A DNA stretch of 64,000 nucleotides from Desulfobacteraceae bacterium. Its GTDB lineage: Bacteria > Desulfobacterota > Desulfobacteria > Desulfobacterales > Desulfosarcinaceae. Every line of letters starts with the position of its first letter. Positions within the stretch are counted from its first letter, which is position 1. This document shows positions 36,943-44,021 of the stretch, piece after piece. Under the pieces are notes generated by a model that saw nothing but the letters and a program-made list of their open reading frames with translations, was not told the DNA's origin and searched no databases. Both the position numbers and the translations under genes were made by a program. Location: the NCBI GenBank assembly GCA_027068085.1, contig JAMOUQ010000022.1, positions 23,907-87,906 of the forward strand, in the 5' to 3' direction.

Positions 36943-36969
36943 TTATCGGAATCAGACAGGTAAACTTTA
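36943..36969 (-). promoter_or_regulatory. sigma28 (FliA) promoter of the flagellin gene
   Basis: The minus strand reads TAAAGTTT-ACCTGTCTGAT-TCCGATAA, which is 15/16 identical to TAAAGTTT-N11-GCCGATAA with exact 11-nt spacing. It predicts a leader of about 130 nt. Confidence 0.75.
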
Positions 36970-37002
36970 GTCCAATTTCTTGTCAAAATCGGATGGAAAA
37001 GG

Positions 37003-37031
37003 AAAACCGGCTTCAAAAAAGAGCCGGTTTT
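37003..37031. terminator. orphan bidirectional intrinsic-terminator-like hairpin
   Basis: AAAACCGGCT-TCAAAAAAG-AGCCGGTTTT. The GC core is flanked by T-runs on both strands (plus TTTTCAC; minus TTTTCCTTTTCC). No annotated gene ends here. Confidence 0.45.
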
Positions 37032-37061
37032 CACACGACATATCAATAGGATAGAAATTGT

Positions 37062-37096
37062 TTGCAAAATGCAAAGACCGTGTTGCGATTTGCAAA
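37062..37096. promoter_or_regulatory. two TTGC-N5-GCAA inverted-repeat boxes spaced 21 bp apart
   Basis: TTGCAAAATGCAAA (37062-37075) and TTGCGATTTGCAAA (37083-37096). A third copy lies at 37261. Confidence 0.4.
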
Positions 37097-37260
37097 CAGA
37101 AAGCGGAAGAAATTACATACCGAAATCATTTGAATTTTCACGGATTTGGTTTGCAGGTCAGATGACAAGGTTCTGCCATTTTGAGAGTAACTTTCTTTAA
37201 AATAAAGAAAAAATATTTTTTGCCCGGAATATCGGTCAGTGGGCGTATCGGCGGATTATT

Positions 37261-37274
37261 TTGCAAATTGCAAA
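37261..37274. promoter_or_regulatory. third TTGC-N5-GCAA box
   Basis: TTGCAAATTGCAAA, about 143 bp upstream of the sigma54 promoter at 37404. Confidence 0.4.
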
Positions 37275-37403
37275 AATATCGGTCCTGACAGCATGACAAC
37301 ACGATCCCTGAAAAGAAAAGCCGGGTGTCCTGATAACAATATATGCCCATGGAAGGATCGCCTCACCCTCCATGTTGGGGTCGCCGGAGGAAGAAAAATG
37401 GAT

Positions 37404-37419
37404 CGGCACAACAATTGCT
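37404..37419 (+). promoter_or_regulatory. sigma54 promoter of the first EBP gene
   Basis: CGGCACAACAATTGCT (GGCAC-N5... TTGCT, exact spacing), 62 nt upstream of the TTG start at 37482. Confidence 0.65.
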
Positions 37420-37481
37420 TTTGAAAATATCCAGCAGGTCTGTCCTTGATTGTCATCAATCCTTAAAGATGGAGGGGAAGA

Positions 37482-38531
37482 TTGTCTGCTTTGACTGCTT
37501 CCAACGCGGCCCAAGACAGTTGTCTGTCCGGGGAAGAAAAAGGCAGGTACGCCGACAGGGCTCTCAGGAACGTGATTGGGCAAAGTCCGGCCATGCAAAA
37601 GGTTTTCAGCCTGGTCCGGCGTGTTTCCAACAGCGATTCCACCATCCTGATAAACGGTGAGACAGGCACCGGCAAAGGTGTGCTTGCCAAGGCGATCCAC
37701 AAGGCTTCATATCGCCGCAAGCGCCCCTTTGTGTCCATAAATTGCGGTGCAATTCCGGAGAACCTGCTCGAAAGCGAGCTTTTCGGTCATGTCAAGGGGG
37801 CCTTCACCGGTGCCACGGCGGCCAAAATCGGTAAGTTCGAGGCCGCCAACGGGGGTACGATCTTTCTGGACGAAATCGGTGACATGAGTCCGGACCTGCA
37901 GGTCAAGCTGCTCAAGGTGCTCGAAGAACAGGAATTTGAACCGGTGGGGGCCTGCAAGTCGGTAAAGGTCGATGTGCGGATAATCGCAGCCACCCACCGG
38001 GATCTTGAGGAGGAGGTCCAGAAAGGACAGTTCCGGGAAGATTTATTCTACCGCCTGTACGTGATACCGATCCGGCTTCCGGCCCTGCGCCAGAGAAAGG
38101 AAGACATCCCCTTGCTGGCAGAACATTTCCTCGGCAGACTGAACGATTCCAAGGCCACCGATATCCGGGGAATCAGGCAAGAGGCCATGGAGATATTACA
38201 AAATCACGACTGGCCCGGTAACGTCCGCGAACTTGCCAATTTGCTGGAAAGATTGGCGGTACTTAAGGGTGAGGGCCATATAGAAGCCGGCGACCTGCCG
38301 GACAAGATGATTAACGGCAGCATCAGGACCGGACTGCCCCTGCCGGACTGCGATATCGGAGAAGAGGGAATATCGCTGAGCACGGCCGTAAGTGAATTTG
38401 AAAAAAGCCTCATATATAAATCGCTTGAAAAAACCGACTGGGTAAAAAACAAAGCGGCCAAGCTGCTGAAAGTCAAAAGAACCACCCTGGTGGAGAAGAT
38501 CAAGCGCTATGATCTAAAAAAGTGCGCTTAA
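37482..38531 (+). CDS. sigma54-dependent transcriptional activator without a receiver/sensor domain (AAA+ + Fis-type HTH only)
   Basis: 349 aa. TTG start 5 nt after GGAGGGG. Walker A GETGTGKG, GAFTGA loop (HVKGAFTGA), C-terminal HTH KNKAAKLLKVKRTTLVEKIKRY. Only about 30 aa precede the AAA+ core. Confidence 0.85.
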   Translation: MSALTASNAAQDSCLSGEEKGRYADRALRNVIGQSPAMQKVFSLVRRVSNSDSTILINGETGTGKGVLAKAIHKASYRRKRPFVSINCGAIPENLLESELFGHVKGAFTGATAAKIGKFEAANGGTIFLDEIGDMSPDLQVKLLKVLEEQEFEPVGACKSVKVDVRIIAATHRDLEEEVQKGQFREDLFYRLYVIPIRLPALRQRKEDIPLLAEHFLGRLNDSKATDIRGIRQEAMEILQNHDWPGNVRELANLLERLAVLKGEGHIEAGDLPDKMINGSIRTGLPLPDCDIGEEGISLSTAVSEFEKSLIYKSLEKTDWVKNKAAKLLKVKRTTLVEKIKRYDLKKCA

Positions 38532-38578
38532 AACGGGCGGCCCCGGTATGCGGTTTTCCAAAAACGATTAAGGCGTCG

Positions 38579-39262
38579 ATGTCGCAGAAAGAACACAGTT
38601 TTCCGGAGATAGGAAAATCGGCCGGCTCACCCGCGGAGGCCGGAGGAGACGGTGGCAGGTTCCGTCCGCTGTTTGCGGGCGCTGTTACCGATGGCGGCAG
38701 AAGTGAAAATTGCGGTCGGGCCGATGAAAACGATGCCGAAAACGGACATGCAGGCTCGGTCAGGGAGGCCAGAAAGAAGGGTATGGATCAGGGCCGCCGG
38801 GCCGGCATCCTGGATGCTCATACCAGGTGCGCCGGAGAACTGATCGAGCTGCTTGAAATCCTGCTCGCGGCGGCGGAGCAATATCAAAACCGTAAAAAAG
38901 AGCTGCTGGCATCATCCGGCCAATGGATTCTGACTCTGGCGGAAGCCATATGCCGGAAAGTGATCGACAACGGTTTTGAACAGGATGCCGGTCTGCTGGA
39001 ACGATCCCTGGGGCGTTGGGTCGCATCCGGGATCAGAGATCGCCTGCCTTTCGGAGCGGCCGACAGCGATGCCCTCCAGGTTCTGCTTTCCGCGGGCGAG
39101 ATGCTGCTGCCCTGCGAGCAGGCAACGGCCGAGCGCCTTAAGTTGCGCCTCGATAAATTGAGCAACCTGGCCGATGATCAGATGCGGCCCGATGCCGATC
39201 GGCAGGCGGCTTCGATTGCGGAACTGGTCCGCGAGATACTGCCCAAACCAGAGCCTTCCTGA
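38579..39262 (+). CDS. hypothetical protein with FliH/YscL-like N-terminal segment
   Basis: EARKKGMDQGRRAGILDAH...ELLASSGQWILTLAEAICRKVI resembles the FliH E-A-x-x-K-G-x-x-x-G region plus the following helix. The start is uncertain (ATG 38579 or GTG 38522). Confidence 0.45.
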   Translation: MSQKEHSFPEIGKSAGSPAEAGGDGGRFRPLFAGAVTDGGRSENCGRADENDAENGHAGSVREARKKGMDQGRRAGILDAHTRCAGELIELLEILLAAAEQYQNRKKELLASSGQWILTLAEAICRKVIDNGFEQDAGLLERSLGRWVASGIRDRLPFGAADSDALQVLLSAGEMLLPCEQATAERLKLRLDKLSNLADDQMRPDADRQAASIAELVREILPKPEPS

Positions 39263-39270
39263 ATCCGGTC

Positions 39271-39284
39271 GTCAAGAAACTGAC
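39271..39284. promoter_or_regulatory. FleQ-box-like element GTCAAGAAACTGAC
   Basis: One mismatch to GTCAA-N4-TTGAC. Centred about 116 bp upstream of the sigma54 promoter at 39393. Confidence 0.4.
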
Positions 39285-39392
39285 ATGACGCCGGCCCGGT
39301 GATACACCCGCCTAAAACCCCGGTTTATCCAACCAGTTGATTTAGCGTAAGATCGCAATGATAAGCCTTGGACGGCAGGACCCTGCCCGGCA

Positions 39393-39408
39393 TGGCATAA
39401 TTATTGCC
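39393..39408 (+). promoter_or_regulatory. sigma54 promoter of the second EBP gene
   Basis: TGGCATAATTATTGCC (exact GG-N10-GC spacing), 76 nt upstream of the ATG at 39484. Confidence 0.65.
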
Positions 39409-39483
39409 GGAAACACTGATGATGGCATCTTGATTTTATAATCATGGCATAACTGACGAAGGTGTGGAAGCTCAGGCAATTAG

Positions 39484-40887
39484 ATGAACCCGGATACGAT
39501 ACTGCTGATTGATGATGACCGCGAAGCTGCCACGGCAATCGGGGCCGGCCTTGACGGCAGATCGATAAGAATCCGACATCGTTCAGGCCCTGCTTTCGAT
39601 CCCGCCATGCTGCCGGGCTGCAGCGCGGTCGTAATGAACGAAGAATCCCTGGACGACCCTGCGGCTGCGGTGCGAACGATCACGGCCGGCGCTGCCGGCA
39701 TACCATTGATAGTATACAGCCGGCGGCCAAAAGTCGAAAGCGCCGTAAAGATGCTCAAGGCCGGCGCCATGGATTATCTTGGCCTGACGGCCGGCGTGCC
39801 GGCAATCTGTATGGCCATTGCCGGCTTGCTCGATCATTCCAGGTCGCCGAGCGCTGCCGGCAGGACCGGCGGTCCAAGTCCGGTCGAGCCCCTTACCCGG
39901 GACGAGGCGATGCGCCGTTTGCTCAGACAGGCCCGCCAGGTGGCTTCCACCGATGCCACCGTTGTTATCCAGGGTGAAAGCGGAACCGGCAAGGAAGTGC
40001 TGGCCAGGTACATTCACAACTGCGGAAACAGAGCGGCCGGGCCGTTTGTGGCCGTAAATTGTGCCGCCCTGCCTGACCAGTTGGCCGAAAGTGAGCTTTT
40101 CGGTTACGAAAAAGGGGCCTTCACAGGGGCGCTGCGGCGCAGGCGGGGCAAATTCGAACAGGCCGACGGCGGCACTTTGCTCCTGGACGAAATCAGCGAG
40201 ATGCCGCTTTTCATGCAGGCCAAGCTTTTAAGGGCTTTGCAGGAAAAGGAAATCGACCGTATCGGCGGGTTCTCACCGGTTCCGGTGGATGTAAGGATTA
40301 TCGCCACCACCAATCGGAACCTGGAAGAAGCGGTCGCCGGCTGCCGGATGCGCAAAGATCTTTATTATCGCCTGAAGGTTATCGTATTCAGCCTTCCGCC
40401 TTTGAGCAGGCGCCGCCGGGACATCGGTTTGCTGGCATCCCGCTTTTTGGAGACGATGAACCGGCGTCACCGGAAAGAAATTAAGGGGTTTTCGGAAGAT
40501 GCGCTCGAAAAGCTGCAGCGTTACAGCTGGCCGGGCAATGTGCGCGAGCTTGAAAACGCTATCGAGAGGGCGGTGCTGCTCGACCGGGATTGCCTGCTGA
40601 CATCGGAAGACATTCTGCTTGAAGGTGAAGAGGTATTGACGACAGTTCCTGAATCCGGCGCCGGCAAAACGGAGTTGAAGGCCGGTATGACCGTGGAAGA
40701 AGCCGAAAGAGCCCTGATAATGAAGACCCTTGAACATGTCAATCAGAACCGTACGCGGGCCGCCCGGATGCTTGGAATCAGTATCCGCACCCTGCGCAAC
40801 AAAATAAACGCTTACCGCAATGCGAATCCCGGACAGTCGAACAGGGTCGAAAAGCCCGTGCACGGGGCCGGCGCCGGATCGTGGTAG
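39484..40887 (+). CDS. sigma54-dependent activator with degenerate receiver domain (FleQ-like architecture)
   Basis: 467 aa. REC-like N-terminus (ILLIDDD...) with Asn where the phospho-acceptor Asp is expected (AVVMNEE) and no conserved Lys (MDYLGLT). AAA+ core GESGTGKE and YEKGAFTGA. C-terminal HTH RTRAARMLGISIRTLRNKI. Confidence 0.88.
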   Translation: MNPDTILLIDDDREAATAIGAGLDGRSIRIRHRSGPAFDPAMLPGCSAVVMNEESLDDPAAAVRTITAGAAGIPLIVYSRRPKVESAVKMLKAGAMDYLGLTAGVPAICMAIAGLLDHSRSPSAAGRTGGPSPVEPLTRDEAMRRLLRQARQVASTDATVVIQGESGTGKEVLARYIHNCGNRAAGPFVAVNCAALPDQLAESELFGYEKGAFTGALRRRRGKFEQADGGTLLLDEISEMPLFMQAKLLRALQEKEIDRIGGFSPVPVDVRIIATTNRNLEEAVAGCRMRKDLYYRLKVIVFSLPPLSRRRRDIGLLASRFLETMNRRHRKEIKGFSEDALEKLQRYSWPGNVRELENAIERAVLLDRDCLLTSEDILLEGEEVLTTVPESGAGKTELKAGMTVEEAERALIMKTLEHVNQNRTRAARMLGISIRTLRNKINAYRNANPGQSNRVEKPVHGAGAGSW

Positions 40888-40975
40888 AGGCCGACTCGGC
40901 GATAAGGCAGGGCCTTGAGGTGCGGGTCGGCCGGAGAAAATTGCCGGGTCCATGGCGGCAAATTTTTCCCGGAGT

Positions 40976-40989
40976 GTCGGCCATTTGAC
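40976..40989. promoter_or_regulatory. weak FleQ-box-like element GTCGGCCATTTGAC
   Basis: Two mismatches to GTCAA-N4-TTGAC. Centred about 93 bp upstream of the flgB sigma54 promoter. Confidence 0.3.
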
Positions 40990-41074
40990 CGTCCGGAAGT
41001 TCATAGCGGGCGGGCATTCCGGGAAAAGGCAACAATAACAGATGGTAAGGATAATGAGCATCCCGGCGGGACTT

Positions 41075-41090
41075 TGGTATGTAATTTGCT
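41075..41090 (+). promoter_or_regulatory. sigma54 promoter of the flgB operon
   Basis: TGGTATGTAATTTGCT (exact spacing), 28 nt upstream of the flgB ATG. AGGGAG SD follows. Confidence 0.7.
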
Positions 41091-41117
41091 GAAACCATCA
41101 TACAGGGAGCAAATGAC

Positions 41118-41537
41118 ATGAGCACAGAAGGGATTTTCAGTGGTGTTGTGGAAACCGCCCGCAAGGCCCTCGCTTTGAGGTCCAGGCGTCACAGTCTTAT
41201 TGTGTCCAATTTGGCCAACGCCGACACCCCGGGCTACAAGGCCTTCGATATCGAGGTTGAAAAGGCCCTTCAGGAAGTATCAGGGACAAAGAAAGATATC
41301 CTGCTGCGAACGGACCCGCGGCATCTTGCTGCAGCGGAGTCCGGCGGCAGGGGGATTTTGGCGCACCAGGTGCTGATAGACGAGCAGGTTACCTTGCGCG
41401 GAGACGGCAACACTGTTGATATGGAAAGAGAAATGAGCAATCTGGCGGCAAACAGCCTGATGTACAAGGCGACCGCCCAGCTTCTCGGAAAAAAGCTTCA
41501 GCTTTTGAAAAGTGTCATCCAGGGAGGAAAACGCTGA
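41118..41537 (+). CDS. flgB: flagellar basal-body rod protein FlgB
   Basis: 139 aa; LIVSNLANADTPGYKA rod-protein N-terminal motif. Confidence 0.9.
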   Translation: MSTEGIFSGVVETARKALALRSRRHSLIVSNLANADTPGYKAFDIEVEKALQEVSGTKKDILLRTDPRHLAAAESGGRGILAHQVLIDEQVTLRGDGNTVDMEREMSNLAANSLMYKATAQLLGKKLQLLKSVIQGGKR

Positions 41538-41539
41538 CC

Positions 41540-41980
41540 ATGGGATTTTTGGAGATTCTGAAGACAAGTGCGGCCGGTTTGAGCGCCCAGAGATTCCGGA
41601 TGAAGCTCATTGCCAGTAACCTGGCCAATGTAAACACTACCCGTACTGCAGAAGGCGGGCCGTACCGGCGTAAGGACCCCGTTTTTGCGGCCGTGCCCGC
41701 CGGAGAAGAGTTCGGCCGGATGCTCAAAGGGAGCCTGGAAGAAGGAGCACTGACGGAAGTGAAAGTAATAGCCGTCCGGCAGGACGAGCGGCCGCCGGTT
41801 CTGAAATACGATCCCGGTCATCCGGATGCCGACGCCCGCGGGTACGTGGCCATGCCCAACATCAATGTGATCGAGGAAATGGTGAACATGATATCGGCCA
41901 CCCGCTCCTATGAGGCCAATGTCACCGCCGTCAAAGCCACCAAAGACATGGCCCTGGATGCTCTCGACATTGGAAGGTAA
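41540..41980 (+). CDS. flgC: flagellar basal-body rod protein FlgC
   Basis: 146 aa; LIASNLANVNTTRT N-terminus and SYEANVTAVKATKDMALDALDI C-terminus. Confidence 0.92.
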   Translation: MGFLEILKTSAAGLSAQRFRMKLIASNLANVNTTRTAEGGPYRRKDPVFAAVPAGEEFGRMLKGSLEEGALTEVKVIAVRQDERPPVLKYDPGHPDADARGYVAMPNINVIEEMVNMISATRSYEANVTAVKATKDMALDALDIGR

Positions 41981-41983
41981 GCC

Positions 41984-42283
41984 ATGAAGATTGAAAAGAC
42001 AGGTTTTGGGCAAGTAGACTTTGCGGCCGGCCTGCGCAAGGCAAAGCCGGCTGCAGGCAGGGCGGACGATTTCGGCAAATGGCTGGCCGGCAACCTGGCC
42101 GAAGTGGACGGACTCCAGAAACAGGCCGATGACGCTGCCCGGGATCTGATAGTGGGGCGTAACAACGCCATTGATGAGACCATGCTTTCTGTCCAGAAAG
42201 CTGAAATCTCTTTCAAGCTTTTGATGGAGGTCCGTAACAAGCTTATCAGCGCTTATGAAGAAATCCAGCGCATGCAGTTCTGA
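41984..42283 (+). CDS. fliE: flagellar hook-basal body complex protein FliE
   Basis: 99 aa; C-terminal KAEISFKLLMEVRNKLISAYEEIQRMQF. Confidence 0.88.
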   Translation: MKIEKTGFGQVDFAAGLRKAKPAAGRADDFGKWLAGNLAEVDGLQKQADDAARDLIVGRNNAIDETMLSVQKAEISFKLLMEVRNKLISAYEEIQRMQF

Positions 42284-42320
42284 GCAGCGGCTGCCGCAAA
42301 GCTTTAATTGTTCTCGATAG

Positions 42321-43931
42321 GTGGGCTTGAACGTGAAGGATATATTCATCCAGTTGGGTCAGATTTTGAAAGGCCTTTCTCCGGCGAAGAAAATGGCCCT
42401 GGCGGTGCTGATCATTGCCACCCTGGCCGGCATCATCACAATGATAAGCTGGTCGGGTTCATCCGAATACGCACCTTTGTTTACGAAGCTCACGCCCGAG
42501 GATGCCGGTGAAATTCTGTCCAAATTGAGGGAGCAAAGGATTCCCTACCGGATCCGGCACAACGGGAGCACCATAGAAATACCGCGGGAAAAGATCTATG
42601 AAACCCGGCTTGGCCTGGCTTCAGAAGGCCTTCCCAGGGGCAGCGGAATCGGTTTCGAGGTCTTCGATGAAACCAAGCTCGGAATAACCGAATTTGTCCA
42701 GAACATCAATTACCAGCGCGCACTGCAGGGAGAGCTGAGCCGCACAATAAACGGCCTTGAAGAAGTTGAATCTTGCCGGGTGCACATCGTGATGCCCAAA
42801 AGATCGTTGTTTATCGAAGACCGGCAGCCGGCAACGGCATCCATAATCCTGAAGTTAAGATCCGGCAGGAGGCTCGCTGAAGGTCAGGTGCGCGGAATAG
42901 TCCATCTGGTTTCGGCCAGCGTGCCGAACCTTAAACCGGACAATGTTACCGTGGTGGATGGAAACGGGCGCCTGCTGGCCGGGGATGACGATTCCGACGG
43001 TGTCAGAAGATATACCTCCGAGCAGCTGGAATACCAGCAGCGAAGAGAAAAGAGCCTGGAAGCCGGTGTTCGCAGCATGCTTGAAAAGGCACTGGGAAAG
43101 GGCAAGGCGATAGTGCGGGTGGCCTGCGACATTGATTTTATGCGCCAGGAAGAAACAGAGGAGAAGTATCTGGCAGACAACAAGGTCGTGCGCAGCGAGC
43201 AACTGTCAAGCGAGCAGTCGTCCAGCCTCAAAGGGATACCGGCGGGAGTTCCGGGACTGGCATCCAACGTGACGGGAAATACTCGGCAGACAAAAACCGG
43301 AGGCCGGAGCAACGGTTACAGCAAGAAAGACCAGACCAGAAATTACGAGATAGGCAAAGTGGTAAGCCGGCGGGTCCTTCCGGTCGGAAAGCTGAAAAGG
43401 TTGTCGGTGGCCGTGATTGTCGACGGCACCTACAAGAAGGTTGTCGAGGGCGAAGGGCAAGAAGCGGTCGAGAAACTGCAATACGAACCCCGCAGCCCGG
43501 AGGAACTGAAACAAATCGAGAGTCTGGTCAAAAACGCCGTCAATTTCGATCCGGCCCGGGGCGACCGGGTGAAGGTAACCAACATGGAATTTTACAGCGA
43601 GCCTTCTGTTCCGGCCAGCCGGCCCGCCACCTGGAAGGTTGCGCTGGCGGTCCTGTCAAGACATGCGGGAGTGCTGAAGTACCTGGCGGTTGCGGCGTTT
43701 GTCGCCCTGTCTTTCCTGCTGGTCATCAAGCCGCTCGTGGGGTGGCTGACCACCAGCGCATGGGAAGAATTGGAACTGCTCGAACAGCTGCCGAAGACAA
43801 TCGCCGAGCTTGAAAACGAATATGACAGAGAACATTCCCGGCAGCCGGTGGTTGCGAAGGCGGCCGAAATAATCAGCAAGGATCAGCAACAGGCCCTTGA
43901 GCTGATGCAGAAATGGCTGTCGGACCAGTAG
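42321..43931 (+). CDS. fliF: flagellar MS-ring protein FliF
   Basis: 536 aa; GTG start. N-terminal TM, then EQRIPYRI...GLASEGLPRGSGIGFEVFD...NYQRALQGELSRTI, and a C-terminal TM. Confidence 0.92.
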   Translation: MGLNVKDIFIQLGQILKGLSPAKKMALAVLIIATLAGIITMISWSGSSEYAPLFTKLTPEDAGEILSKLREQRIPYRIRHNGSTIEIPREKIYETRLGLASEGLPRGSGIGFEVFDETKLGITEFVQNINYQRALQGELSRTINGLEEVESCRVHIVMPKRSLFIEDRQPATASIILKLRSGRRLAEGQVRGIVHLVSASVPNLKPDNVTVVDGNGRLLAGDDDSDGVRRYTSEQLEYQQRREKSLEAGVRSMLEKALGKGKAIVRVACDIDFMRQEETEEKYLADNKVVRSEQLSSEQSSSLKGIPAGVPGLASNVTGNTRQTKTGGRSNGYSKKDQTRNYEIGKVVSRRVLPVGKLKRLSVAVIVDGTYKKVVEGEGQEAVEKLQYEPRSPEELKQIESLVKNAVNFDPARGDRVKVTNMEFYSEPSVPASRPATWKVALAVLSRHAGVLKYLAVAAFVALSFLLVIKPLVGWLTTSAWEELELLEQLPKTIAELENEYDREHSRQPVVAKAAEIISKDQQQALELMQKWLSDQ

Positions 43932-44021
43932 GGCCGCAGGGGACATGGTTTTCGAAGCAGGCCGAAACACGCCGGGCCAAGATGAACCTACAGCATAACC
44001 GAAGCGGGCAGAGGTGGGCAA

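Noticed and set aside
37250-37266. sigma54-like GG...TTGCA near 37250-37266 (GGCGGATTATTTTGCA)
   Set aside because: The GG to GC spacing is 10 or 13 nt rather than the strict 12 (first G to G). The TTGCA belongs to the TTGC-N5-GCAA box instead.
37226-37286. Repeated ATATCGG/TATCGGC motifs (minus strand CCGATA) as possible extra sigma28 -10 elements
   Set aside because: None has a TAAA -35 element at the required 11-nt spacing.
37138-37350. 70-aa minus-strand ORF in the flagellin/EBP intergenic region, plus overlapping ORFs 37236-37700(-) and 37256-37459(-)
   Set aside because: It lies in AT-rich sequence, has no SD and a Cys/Phe-rich improbable composition, and overlaps the sigma54 promoter region. 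A small transcript may exist (see the finding for this region), but I cannot support this ORF.
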